64,000 nucleotides of DNA from an uncultured Nitrososphaerota archaeon (GTDB lineage: Archaea > Thermoproteota > Nitrososphaeria > Nitrososphaerales > Gagatemarchaeaceae): contig CAVRAG010000007.1 in NCBI GenBank assembly GCA_963718895.1, positions 608,001 through 672,000 of the forward strand. Reading direction: 5' to 3'. Numbering within the stretch: position 1 is the first letter of the stretch; each line of letters starts with the position of its first letter. Shown piece by piece: positions 39,924 to 48,970 of the stretch. The translations under genes were made by a program, and so were the position numbers. Below the pieces are notes generated by a model. It was not told the origin of the DNA. It searched no databases and saw only the letters and a program-made list of their open reading frames with translations.

Positions 39924-40753
39924 CCCAGAATCTCCTCGGTGAGCTTCCCGTAGGCCTTCGCTCCGTTGCAATCGGAATCGTACTCGAAGATAGACTTGTG
40001 ATAGCTCGGCGCCTCGGCAAGCCTGATGTTGACAGGGATGACCGTGGTGAAGACAGGTCCGTCCGTGAAGCCCTTCCTCACCTTTGCCTCGACCTCTCTC
40101 GCCAGGAGCGTCCGTCGGTCGTACAGCGTGAGGACGGCGCCGAGTATCTCCAGGCTGGGGTTTATGTCCTCCTTCACCTTGTGGACGGTGTCCAGGAGCT
40201 GGACCACCCCCTCCATCGCGAAGTACTGCGTCTGGACCGGAATCAAGACCTGATTCGCGGCTGTGAGGGTGTTGACCGTGAGAATGCCGAGAGAAGGGGG
40301 TGTGTCGATCACGACGTAGTCGTACTCGTCTTCCTTGAGCTCCTTCAGCTTCTTCTTCAGCTTGAACTGCATGTTGATGTCGTTCGCCAGGCGAATCTGG
40401 CACGCGCTGAGGTCGCCGCTCGCAGGAGCGACGTCGAGGTTCTCCCTACAGTTCCGGATCAGCACGTCCGAGAGCGAGACCTCCTCGTCGAGGAGCAAAT
40501 CGGCTGTGGTCTTCACGATCGGGGTGTCGGGGCCGACGAGATAGTTCGTGGCATTGGCCTGCGGGTCCATGTCGATGAGCAGGACCCTCTTGCCCGCCGC
40601 GGCAAGCTGGCATGAGAAGTTTACCGTTAGGTCGGTTTTTCCGACACCGCCCTTCTGGTTGGCAACCGCGATTATCCTCGTGAACGCTCCCGTCGTGGCC
40701 GCGCCCGATGGTCCCCTACCGTGGGGCACCTTCTCCAGGGTGGTCATTGTCAA
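39908..40753 (-). CDS. parA: ParA/Soj-family ATPase
   Basis: ANQKGGVGKT, IDMDPQANAT, IDTPPSLG, LIPVQTQYFAMEG, TLYDRRT, NIRLAEAPS. Confidence 0.95.
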   Translation of the reverse strand: MTMTTLEKVPHGRGPSGAATTGAFTRIIAVANQKGGVGKTDLTVNFSCQLAAAGKRVLLIDMDPQANATNYLVGPDTPIVKTTADLLLDEEVSLSDVLIRNCRENLDVAPASGDLSACQIRLANDINMQFKLKKKLKELKEDEYDYVVIDTPPSLGILTVNTLTAANQVLIPVQTQYFAMEGVVQLLDTVHKVKEDINPSLEILGAVLTLYDRRTLLAREVEAKVRKGFTDGPVFTTVIPVNIRLAEAPSYHKSIFEYDSDCNGAKAYGKLTEEILGCLEA

Positions 40754-40994
40754 CGATTATCACGCGTATCGCGAGGTGTCCTTCATATTAGGAGAGGGGT
40801 AATTTCCTTTTCTAGCAAGAAGCCAATTCCTTTCCACCACTGACCGAGGCGCGGTCGAGTGGGCACCTGGCACTCCGCCCACCCAGGTGGCGTCATCGTG
40901 GGCCGACCGCTTCGCACGCGGGCGGGATGCGACCGAAGCTGCACGACCCTGCATCGGTCCGGGGGGCGGTCCGAATTCGCCGGAGAGGCTGGCG

Positions 40995-42485
40995 CTATCC
41001 CTTGAGCCAGCCCAGCTTCACGAAGACGTACGTCACGAAGGACATGCTGATCACGAGCACAAGGACGACCTCCCACAGGTAACCCGAGTACGGCACGTCG
41101 AGCAGGTTCATCCCGAGCAGTCCCCCCACTGCCGAAGGGATGACCGACATGCTCGTAATTACCGCTAGGATCTTGAGTATCTTGTTGGTCTCGAAGGAGG
41201 TCTGGTTGATGTAGAGGTCGATCGTGGAGTGGATGTTGTTGACCAGGTCTTCCGCTATCTCGTTCAGGTAGGAGACCCCGTCCTGGAGCACGTGGAAGTC
41301 CTCCTCGGCCTCGCTGTCGAACCCTTCGAGGGGGACCTTCTGAGACTCTATGATGCTGAGGAGCTCCTTGAAGTGAACCAGGTTCGATACCAGCCTGGAG
41401 ACCTCCTTGTTGAGGCCGTAGACTCGCTCAAGGAAGTCTCGGGGGAGCTTGGACCGGGGGGTCCCCCCGATCCTGATCACCTCAATCTCGATGTCGGACA
41501 GCACCGACCTGTACTCCCCGAGGGTCTGATCGAGCAGCGCGTAGAGGACAGATACAACGAAGCTTGTCTCTTCCCGGCGACGCACCGACTCCATGACTCC
41601 GGAGAAGACGTCGAGCCCGTGACGGGAGACGGAGATTATCTTCCGTCCCGTGCAGATTATGATCATGCCCGAGCGAGAGATCGTCAGGAAAGCCTCGGGC
41701 CTGTCGGGGTACCTTACCTTGCCTGACTGCAAGAAGATCAGGGACACCTGCTGGACGTAGTCGACGTGCGGGAAAATCTCGTCGACCAAGTCGATTTTGA
41801 AGTGCGGCTCGGGGACCTGGACGAGCGCGCTCAGCCTCCTGACCCCCTCTTGCGTGAGGTTGCGGACGTCGAGCCACTCCTGGCTTTCGTCGACCAGATG
41901 CGACTTCAGGTCGTCCCAGGTCAGGTGGTCCGTCGCCGTGAGCGTCTGTGAATCCACGACTCGTATGACGGTCTCCACTTCCTGCCTCGATTCCAGCGCG
42001 ACGCCCTGGCTCGTCTGCATCCTGCTCCCTAGGGCCCTCCCACCCACTGCCAGCGCCCTTGGGAGCCTGAGCAACCTAAGCAACAACGAGGGTGAGCCGC
42101 GGGTACTGAGACCGAGGGCTGGAAGGTACTGAATGAACGGCAGGACGACGATCACAAGGTCGACGAGGTGCCAAGGCTCCTTGAAGTGGGCCAACCTGTC
42201 CTTTGCGAGATACAACTTCGAGGTGTACTCGGCTACGAAGAGCACAATTATCGCCCAGTCGCAGATGTCGAGGAACTCGATGGCTGACGAGGAAAGATCG
42301 ACCGCGAACGGGATGAGGATGATGGGGAGGATTGCGAAGGAGAGAAAGACCATGAACCTGTCCGAGAGGATCGAGTTGACGGTGTCCCTCAGGTTCTTCC
42401 GGGGGTCGCCTTCTGCGACGAAGAGCGACCGAGCAAGGAGACCGTTGTCCTTTGGACCACCGTCGACGTTTCCCGCATTGGACAT
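40995..42485 (-). CDS. CorA-family divalent cation channel with an N-terminal S1-S4 voltage-sensor-like domain
   Basis: LFVAEY, WHLVD and LLRLLRLPR in four TM helices; then EWLDVRN, TNKILKILAVIT, GLLGMN and a final TM. Confidence 0.9.
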   Translation of the reverse strand: MSNAGNVDGGPKDNGLLARSLFVAEGDPRKNLRDTVNSILSDRFMVFLSFAILPIILIPFAVDLSSSAIEFLDICDWAIIVLFVAEYTSKLYLAKDRLAHFKEPWHLVDLVIVVLPFIQYLPALGLSTRGSPSLLLRLLRLPRALAVGGRALGSRMQTSQGVALESRQEVETVIRVVDSQTLTATDHLTWDDLKSHLVDESQEWLDVRNLTQEGVRRLSALVQVPEPHFKIDLVDEIFPHVDYVQQVSLIFLQSGKVRYPDRPEAFLTISRSGMIIICTGRKIISVSRHGLDVFSGVMESVRRREETSFVVSVLYALLDQTLGEYRSVLSDIEIEVIRIGGTPRSKLPRDFLERVYGLNKEVSRLVSNLVHFKELLSIIESQKVPLEGFDSEAEEDFHVLQDGVSYLNEIAEDLVNNIHSTIDLYINQTSFETNKILKILAVITSMSVIPSAVGGLLGMNLLDVPYSGYLWEVVLVLVISMSFVTYVFVKLGWLKG

Positions 42486-42636
42486 TATCTTGGCTGACGA
42501 CCGGTGTCTAGATTGCGCTGGATAAAAACAGAGACCGTCCGATCCGCGGTCCACGGCCGGGGCGTCGGAATCCTGACCGCAGCCGACTTTCAACACCATT
42601 AATAGACCTCCGCCAAGGGGGCGCTCCCGACCCGAG

Positions 42637-43263
42637 ATGGGGCTGAGGAGCTGGCTAGTTCCGGAGGACAAGGTGTTCTTCGACCTGCTCGAGCAGGAGT
42701 CGAACAACGTCGCGAACGGGGCGAAGGTGCTCGAGGAGATGATAACTCAGTTCGACAGGCTGGAGCAGAGAAGAGCCGAGCTGAAGGAGATTGAACACAG
42801 GGGAGACGAGATAGTCCACGAGATCTACGAGAAGGTCAACTCGTCATTCGTGACGCCAATCGACCAGGACGACATAACGAAGCTCGCATCGCTCTACGAC
42901 GACGTCCTAGACTTCATGGATGCGGCCGCAAACCGCATCGTGCTCTACGAGGTGAAAGAATCGACCGAGGCCATGAAGCAGTTCGCAAGGATAGTGGCAC
43001 GCTCGGTGGCGGAGATCCACACCGCGTTCGTCGCCATGAGGCACCGTGGGGGGGACGAAATCGACCAGAAGTGCATCGAGGTTGACACCCTGGAGAACGA
43101 GGCAGATGTCATTCTGAACGACAGTGTCGCGAAACTGTTCAAGGGCAGCGACGTGATACAGATCATGAAGCTGAAGGAGATCTACGAAGAGCTGGAGATC
43201 GTGACGGACAAGTGCGAGGACGTCAGCCAGGAACTCCGGGACATCGTAAGGCGCTACACCTAG
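42637..43263 (+). CDS. DUF47 PiT accessory protein (PhoU-like)
   Basis: FFDLLE, EHRGDEI, FVTPIDQDDI, LENEAD, DKCED. Confidence 0.93.
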   Translation: MGLRSWLVPEDKVFFDLLEQESNNVANGAKVLEEMITQFDRLEQRRAELKEIEHRGDEIVHEIYEKVNSSFVTPIDQDDITKLASLYDDVLDFMDAAANRIVLYEVKESTEAMKQFARIVARSVAEIHTAFVAMRHRGGDEIDQKCIEVDTLENEADVILNDSVAKLFKGSDVIQIMKLKEIYEELEIVTDKCEDVSQELRDIVRRYT

Positions 43264-43274
43264 GGGCCCTCGAG

Positions 43275-44264
43275 TTGTTCACGGTCTTCGTCATAGGAAT
43301 AATAGCTGTCGCCTTCTCGTTCGACTTCGTGAACGGCTTCCATGACGCAGCCAACTCTATCTCGACCGTAATCTCCACCAGGGCGCTATCCCCCCCGGCG
43401 GCCGTCGGCCTCGCGGCGACCTTCAATTTCGTCGCTTTCCTTGTCTTCGGCTTCGCCGTTGCAAGCACGATAGGCTCCGGGATCATCGCTTCTAGCGCGA
43501 TCAACGAGTACGTCATCCTGGGGGCCCTCTTGGGTGCCATATCATGGGACCTGATCACCTGGTTCTTCGGCCTGCCCACGAGCTCCTCGCACGCGCTCAT
43601 CGGAGGGCTCATCGGAGCCGGGGTGACGGAGGCGGGCACCGGGGTCCTCGTGGTCGCGAGCCTGAGCAAGACGCTCACCTTCCTGGTCGCGTCGCCGCTG
43701 ATAGGGCTTGCAGTTGCCTTTCTCTTCATGACCCTGTTGCTCAGGGCTTTCCGACGATTCTCCGCCCGGCTCGTCAACGGATACTTTAGGAGGCTCCAGC
43801 TTCTTTCCTCGAGCCTGGTCAGCCTCGCCCACGGCAGCAACGATGCGCAGAAGACGATGGGCGTCGTGACAGCGCTGCTCGTCTCGACCGGCAACCTGTC
43901 GAAGTTTAGCGTGCCCCTCTGGGTCGCGATAATGGCCAATTCCGCCATAGCCCTTGGGACCCTGTTCGGAGGATGGAGAATCGTGAACACGATGGGCTTC
44001 AGGATCACAAAACTCGACCCGGTCCACGGATTCGCCGCTGAGACGACCGCGGCGGGGGTGATTATGACATCTTCGCTGCTCGGCATCCCGGTGAGCACGA
44101 CCCATTGCGTGAGCGGATCCATCATGGGAGTTGGCGCCACGAGGCGGCTCACAGCGGTTAGGTGGGGGGTGGCGAGGAGGATCGTGTGGGCGTGGATAAT
44201 CACGATCCCAGCATCGGCGGCGATCTCGTGCGTAGCCTACCTGGCGATAGTCCGCGTCGCCTGA
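43275..44264 (+). CDS. pit: PiT inorganic phosphate transporter
   Basis: NGFHDAAN, GLPTSSSH, HGSNDAQK, GIPVSTTH. Start is uncertain. Confidence 0.95.
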   Translation: MFTVFVIGIIAVAFSFDFVNGFHDAANSISTVISTRALSPPAAVGLAATFNFVAFLVFGFAVASTIGSGIIASSAINEYVILGALLGAISWDLITWFFGLPTSSSHALIGGLIGAGVTEAGTGVLVVASLSKTLTFLVASPLIGLAVAFLFMTLLLRAFRRFSARLVNGYFRRLQLLSSSLVSLAHGSNDAQKTMGVVTALLVSTGNLSKFSVPLWVAIMANSAIALGTLFGGWRIVNTMGFRITKLDPVHGFAAETTAAGVIMTSSLLGIPVSTTHCVSGSIMGVGATRRLTAVRWGVARRIVWAWIITIPASAAISCVAYLAIVRVA

Positions 44265-44439
44265 GTCCCTCCCGGACATTCCGACCGAGCGGCTTGCGAG
44301 GCCGCGAGGGGCTGCGTCGAGCCTGTCTTTCCTCCCAGCGAACGGGCCTCATTGCCATCGAGAGTCGGCCCAGCGGGCTCCTGGAGCTGCTCACCTGAGG
44401 CAGAACCCGGACGTCCTGGCTCGAGCGTTCGGACCGCAT

Positions 44440-45339
44440 CTACTGCTTCACCAGCTGGATATGCACCTCTCCCACGTGCGCGTCCAACTCAGTCTCCGTG
44501 GGAAAGGTCGCCCCGCATGTGGCGCACCTGAACATGGCCTCGGTCGTCGGGTCCGCGAACATCCTGAGCTCTCTCACGAGCTTGTCCCGCTCCTCGTACA
44601 TTACCATGTGTCCGCTCCCCTCGAACCTCACGAGCCTGGAGCCCCTGATGACCTCAAGCTGGGTCCTAGTCGACTCGAATGGGACCGCCCGGTCGAAGAC
44701 TCCGTGGCAGATCAACGTCGGCATCGCGATGCTCTCCATCTCGGCTGTCAGGTCCCTGTCCCTGAGCTCCTCCAGGCCCTTCACGCTCGCGCGCAAGGAG
44801 GCAGACGTACCAATCCCGACCAGAAAATTCAGAAGCTCCGGACTGGGAGGCGTGTGGAACGCGTTCGTGATGAAGCCTCGGTCGAATGCCGCCTGGTCTG
44901 CGAGGACGGCCCTTATCGCCTCTTCCTTGGCCTGTCTGCGCTCGGGCGTTGGAGCGGATGAGGGCACTGGCGCGCCGACCAGCACCAGTCTGGACACCCT
45001 CTGGTCCGTGTCGTGGTGGGCTGCGAGGTAGGTGGCAATCGCCCCTCCCATGGAGAAACCGACCAGCGTCACACCCCGGAGGCTCAGGCCGTGGATCACA
45101 GCTTTGACGTCTGAGGACCAGGTATCGTAGTCGTTGCCCTGCCAGGGTTTGTCCGAGGCCCCAAAGCCCCTCAGGTCGATGCCCACGGTCAGGAAGCCTT
45201 CTTCTGCGAGCGCGCTCATCTGGTACTCGAAGATTCGGTGGCCAAACGGCCACCCGTGGATGAACACCACCGGTTTTGCGTTGGCGTCTCCCCACTCCTG
45301 GACGAAGATCTGGACTCCGCCGACATCAATAGAGGGCAT
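44440..45339 (-). CDS. Alpha/beta hydrolase (non-heme haloperoxidase-like) with a C-terminal C2H2 finger
   Basis: HGWP, DLRGFG, GFSMGG, SGH; tail FRCATCGATFPTETELDAHVGEVH. Confidence 0.9.
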   Translation of the reverse strand: MPSIDVGGVQIFVQEWGDANAKPVVFIHGWPFGHRIFEYQMSALAEEGFLTVGIDLRGFGASDKPWQGNDYDTWSSDVKAVIHGLSLRGVTLVGFSMGGAIATYLAAHHDTDQRVSRLVLVGAPVPSSAPTPERRQAKEEAIRAVLADQAAFDRGFITNAFHTPPSPELLNFLVGIGTSASLRASVKGLEELRDRDLTAEMESIAMPTLICHGVFDRAVPFESTRTQLEVIRGSRLVRFEGSGHMVMYEERDKLVRELRMFADPTTEAMFRCATCGATFPTETELDAHVGEVHIQLVKQ

Positions 45340-45595
45340 TGGTTATCTACATATCCAGGTCGATGGTCGCGGCGTCCTCGTCGTCCCGGGGTGCCTCTTG
45401 GTCCGCGTCGTCTCCCCGGCCAGCCGAGCCTCTCTGGTGTTTCTCGGTCCTCATGCCCAACGGGCTAGGATTGGCACGTACGGCCTTGTGCCTGATGGAA
45501 CATTCGACTGGGAGCGGCATACTCGCCGATCTGGCCTCGGGAACCCGTCCCGAGAGATTCACAACCCTTATCCTCAGAACGGCTCAAGGCGAGCT

Positions 45596-46228
45596 GTGCG
45601 TGTCGCTCTGTTCGGAGCCACTGGCGCCATCGGCCGGCACGTCCTGGACCAGCTGCTTGAGCAGGACTATGAAGTGAATGTACTCGTCGCTGACCCCGCC
45701 AGGCTTCCGGGAAAGGGCGGGAAAGCGACCGTGGTCAGGGGCGAGATAGTTGATCCCGAGGCGATTGGTCAGACTATCCATGGATGCGAGGCCGTGATAG
45801 ACACTCTAGGGGTGCGGGCCAACACGCAGGCGGAGGTGAATCGGCTTCTTGAGGTCATGAAACTCATACTCAAGACGATGACGAATGACGGCGTCAGGAG
45901 GTTCATCGGTGTCGCAGGAGCAGGGCTAAGCATCCCGGGTGACGAGACGGGAATCGGCTACCGGGTGGCCGCGTTGTCCTCCAAGATAACCTTCCGCCAC
46001 GGCGTGGAAGAGAAGCAGAAAGAGTTCGAGCTCGTGAGCAAGAGCGGGCTCGACTGGACCATCCTCAGGCTCCCTGTCACCACCGACGGTCCTTTGACCA
46101 AGAGGTATGAGGCGGACCCCAGAAGGCCGCCCTCCAGCAGGATATCCCGGGAAGACGTCGCGTTCGCCCTCGCCTGCCAGCTGCGGGACCGCAGGTTCGT
46201 CGGCGCGGCTCCCTTCGTCGGAAACTGA
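45596..46228 (+). CDS. NAD(P)H-binding protein, flavin/biliverdin reductase B-like
   Basis: FGATGAIG, LDWTILR, ISREDVA. Confidence 0.9.
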   Translation: MRVALFGATGAIGRHVLDQLLEQDYEVNVLVADPARLPGKGGKATVVRGEIVDPEAIGQTIHGCEAVIDTLGVRANTQAEVNRLLEVMKLILKTMTNDGVRRFIGVAGAGLSIPGDETGIGYRVAALSSKITFRHGVEEKQKEFELVSKSGLDWTILRLPVTTDGPLTKRYEADPRRPPSSRISREDVAFALACQLRDRRFVGAAPFVGN

Positions 46229-46487
46229 CTCAGGTCATGCCGACGGCCACTGCGCCTCGGCGGGACCTAGGAAGAGGGACCACGATTGCTGGAGGACGGG
46301 ACAGGTCATCTGGCAGAGCATCGACACGGCCGGCTCAGGCCTGAAGAAGGACCACGTTGGTCGAAGAGGACACCAAGAGAGCTGACCTGCGGCCTGAGAT
46401 GGTCGCTGCGCCAGCAACAACTAGGGACACTGGCACGAAAGCCCTCCAGAGGATGTCGGCCGCAGGCCCTCGACGTCGAGGTATGGG

Positions 46488-47165
46488 CTAGCGCCTGATT
46501 CCGCCATCGGCGAGGTGATGCTGGCCACTGGCTAGCGCGGCGGCGATGAGCTCGAGCCGGTCAATCCACCCAAGGCCCAGGTCGAGCTCCTCCTTGAACC
46601 GCAGGGGAACGATTGGGACCTTCTTGTCCACGATGTAGGAGTAGTCTGGCTTGAAGTCAAGTGGGTCTCCCCAATCCCACTCCGCTACCTTGATCTGCTC
46701 GTCGCCGTAGACTTGAACCACGACGGTGTTAATCGTCAACTCCGCATAGTGGCTCCTTACGTAGACCGGGAGCATCTTCCCGTCCACGTCCGCCTCTCTC
46801 GGGAGCTTCTTCTCTACCTCGGCCGGCGGCAACGTCACGTACGGCGTCAGTAGTTTGCAAATCTCCTCACAGCCGTCCTTCGTAGTTAGAATCTCCAGAT
46901 GGTCGGTCTTCACGTGGACCCCCTTGATTATCTCTCCCGCGTCACCCGAGATGGCCCATTTAGCGCCCAGGTCCTTCAGCTCCCCGCCGAGCATGATGAC
47001 GACCTTGAGGAGGTGCGCCGGCAGATACGCGACCTCTTCGGGTTTTGGGACTCTGCTCTCAAAGACCGGGATATCAGCCGACGGCCTGCCGGGAATGTTC
47101 ACCAGTGTCTTCGGAGAAGGCATCCCCCCTCCTTTCGGAGGGGGAGATAATACCTCTTCCGTCAT
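46488..47165 (-). CDS. Hypothetical protein with a degenerate nucleotidyltransferase-like fold
   Basis: ATGA-coupled to the upstream flavoprotein. WAISGDAGEIIKGV..KTDHLEILT resembles the hG[GS]..DxD motif. Confidence 0.6.
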   Translation of the reverse strand: MTEEVLSPPPKGGGMPSPKTLVNIPGRPSADIPVFESRVPKPEEVAYLPAHLLKVVIMLGGELKDLGAKWAISGDAGEIIKGVHVKTDHLEILTTKDGCEEICKLLTPYVTLPPAEVEKKLPREADVDGKMLPVYVRSHYAELTINTVVVQVYGDEQIKVAEWDWGDPLDFKPDYSYIVDKKVPIVPLRFKEELDLGLGWIDRLELIAAALASGQHHLADGGIRR

Positions 47166-48964
47166 ACGAGCGGTCCCGGGCTCTTGAGGTACTTCTCGAT
47201 TCCGTCGACCGAGACGTAGGCCATCGGGCCTATCGCGTGAGTGCCCGGTGTGACAGTCGAGCCGGTCGTGTTCTGAAGCTCGCCGGCGGCGAACACGTTC
47301 GGGACGTCCCATGACTGGTGCCACATGTTGTAGCACGAGTAGGAGGGGTCTGCCCCGAGCCTTCCTCCGCCCCTGATGTGGATGCTGTAGCTGCTCGGCT
47401 GGTTGTTGCCGTTTGCCGCTGGCGCCCCGAGCGTGATGTTGGCGCACCCCATCTTCGTCAGGATGGGCTGAAGCAGCGGGGTGATAAGGTTGGCCACGCC
47501 CACCGAATTGTTGTTGTAGGTCTCGGTGAACCTCGTGAGCGGGTCACCGTAGTAGTCGCTGTAGAACGGGTCCAAGTCGAAGAGCAGGTCGGTTGTGGGG
47601 ATTGTCACGCCGCTCCCGGACAGGCTGACCGTGGTGGACGAGTGGATGTACTTGTTCTTCTGCGTCGCTTTCCAGGCGCTACCAATGGTGTTGGCGGTGC
47701 CTCCGACTGCGGTCGAGACGTCGCTGGGGGCGTTGCCCGTGTACGAGCCGACCGAGATTGATGGCCCTCCTATTCCCGGCTGCGCCATCCCGGTGTGGTC
47801 GATGTTGTCGTCGGCGAAGTCGTAGATCTGGTAGCCTCCGCCCGCTCCGTTCCCGGCCTGATAGCTGGCGTAGCCGATGGGGAGGGTTCCCGAGACGCTC
47901 CGTCCTGAGCCTGAGCTCCCATTGTTGCATCCGCCCCTGCCGAGCGCGCCGGTCACAGTCGTGGGGTTGTACTGCTTCCCGATTCCAGACTTGGCCAAGA
48001 TGTTGTACGCGTTGAAAGGCCAGAGCCCATTGAAGATGACCGTTCCAGGCTGGACGTGGACGTTCCCGGCGGCATCGTAGTAGCTGACCGAGGTCGCCTG
48101 ACCCGACGTCTGGTTGACGTTGATTCTGAAGATGTAGCTGTTGAGCGCAAGGCTCAGCTTTCCGGTTGCCACACCTGCCGTCACAGCGCGGGCTGCCGTG
48201 TTCGCCTTGGCGCCGGTCTCGCACGGGTAGCAGGGTAGGCACGAGCACCACCCATCGTAGACGCAGGCGTTCACGGCGATTCCGTAAGAGTTCATGTACG
48301 GCTGCGAGGCGAGAGCCGAGACCACAGGAAATGGAGTGTAGCCGAGCGATTCTGCGGCCGCCTGGAACGCGCTTCCGAGCGGCGTGGTCGGGTGCGGCGG
48401 GAGTGGGAAGTTCTTGTCCATCGGGACCAGGGGGCCCATGTTTGTGCCCGACACGCCCCAAGCCGCTTCGAACGCGTCGTAGTAAGGCTCCATCTGGGCA
48501 TAGGTGTAGGGCCAGTCGAAGAGGTCTGCGTTGGGTACGGTCGTCGACAAGAAGTTAGGTCCGTACCTGCTAGCGGTCGAGGAGGCCTCGGTGTAGTTCC
48601 AGGGCCCGGTGCGGTTGAAACCACCACTGTAGTGGTGCGCCGCTCCTCCCACCCCGTGCCCGTTGGCGGGGAATTGGCTGACCGTGTACCTTCGGATCGG
48701 GAGTGCGAACTGGGTGCTGTAGTTGCGCATCGTGGTGGTGAAGAGAGGCAGGGGATGGTCGAACTTCTTCATGATGGTGGTCCCCCACTCGTCGTACTTC
48801 GTCTGGGCGAAGTCGGTCGAGTAGTCCCAGAACGGACCCTTGTCTATTCCGGCCACTGTGTGGCCGTCCACCGCCAGCTGGGTTGCGACCAGCCCTCCCA
48901 TCGTTCCGAGGCCCATCACGACGACGTCCACGGCGGGTTCAGTGATTACGGTTGACATCTCCAT
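47162..48964 (-). CDS. GMC oxidoreductase, gluconate-2-dehydrogenase flavoprotein-like
   Basis: VVMGLGTMGG, GHGVGG, DWPYTYAQMEPYYD, Cys cluster CVYDGWC..C..CETGAK, QSWDVPNVF. Confidence 0.9.
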   Translation of the reverse strand: MEMSTVITEPAVDVVVMGLGTMGGLVATQLAVDGHTVAGIDKGPFWDYSTDFAQTKYDEWGTTIMKKFDHPLPLFTTTMRNYSTQFALPIRRYTVSQFPANGHGVGGAAHHYSGGFNRTGPWNYTEASSTASRYGPNFLSTTVPNADLFDWPYTYAQMEPYYDAFEAAWGVSGTNMGPLVPMDKNFPLPPHPTTPLGSAFQAAAESLGYTPFPVVSALASQPYMNSYGIAVNACVYDGWCSCLPCYPCETGAKANTAARAVTAGVATGKLSLALNSYIFRINVNQTSGQATSVSYYDAAGNVHVQPGTVIFNGLWPFNAYNILAKSGIGKQYNPTTVTGALGRGGCNNGSSGSGRSVSGTLPIGYASYQAGNGAGGGYQIYDFADDNIDHTGMAQPGIGGPSISVGSYTGNAPSDVSTAVGGTANTIGSAWKATQKNKYIHSSTTVSLSGSGVTIPTTDLLFDLDPFYSDYYGDPLTRFTETYNNNSVGVANLITPLLQPILTKMGCANITLGAPAANGNNQPSSYSIHIRGGGRLGADPSYSCYNMWHQSWDVPNVFAAGELQNTTGSTVTPGTHAIGPMAYVSVDGIEKYLKSPGPLV

Positions 48965-48970
48965 CAGCTC

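Noticed and set aside
39924-40403. N-terminal 160 aa of the 355-aa ORF in the track
   Set aside because: An alternate-frame shadow of parA. The SD-like GAGGAG and composition support a start at 39923.
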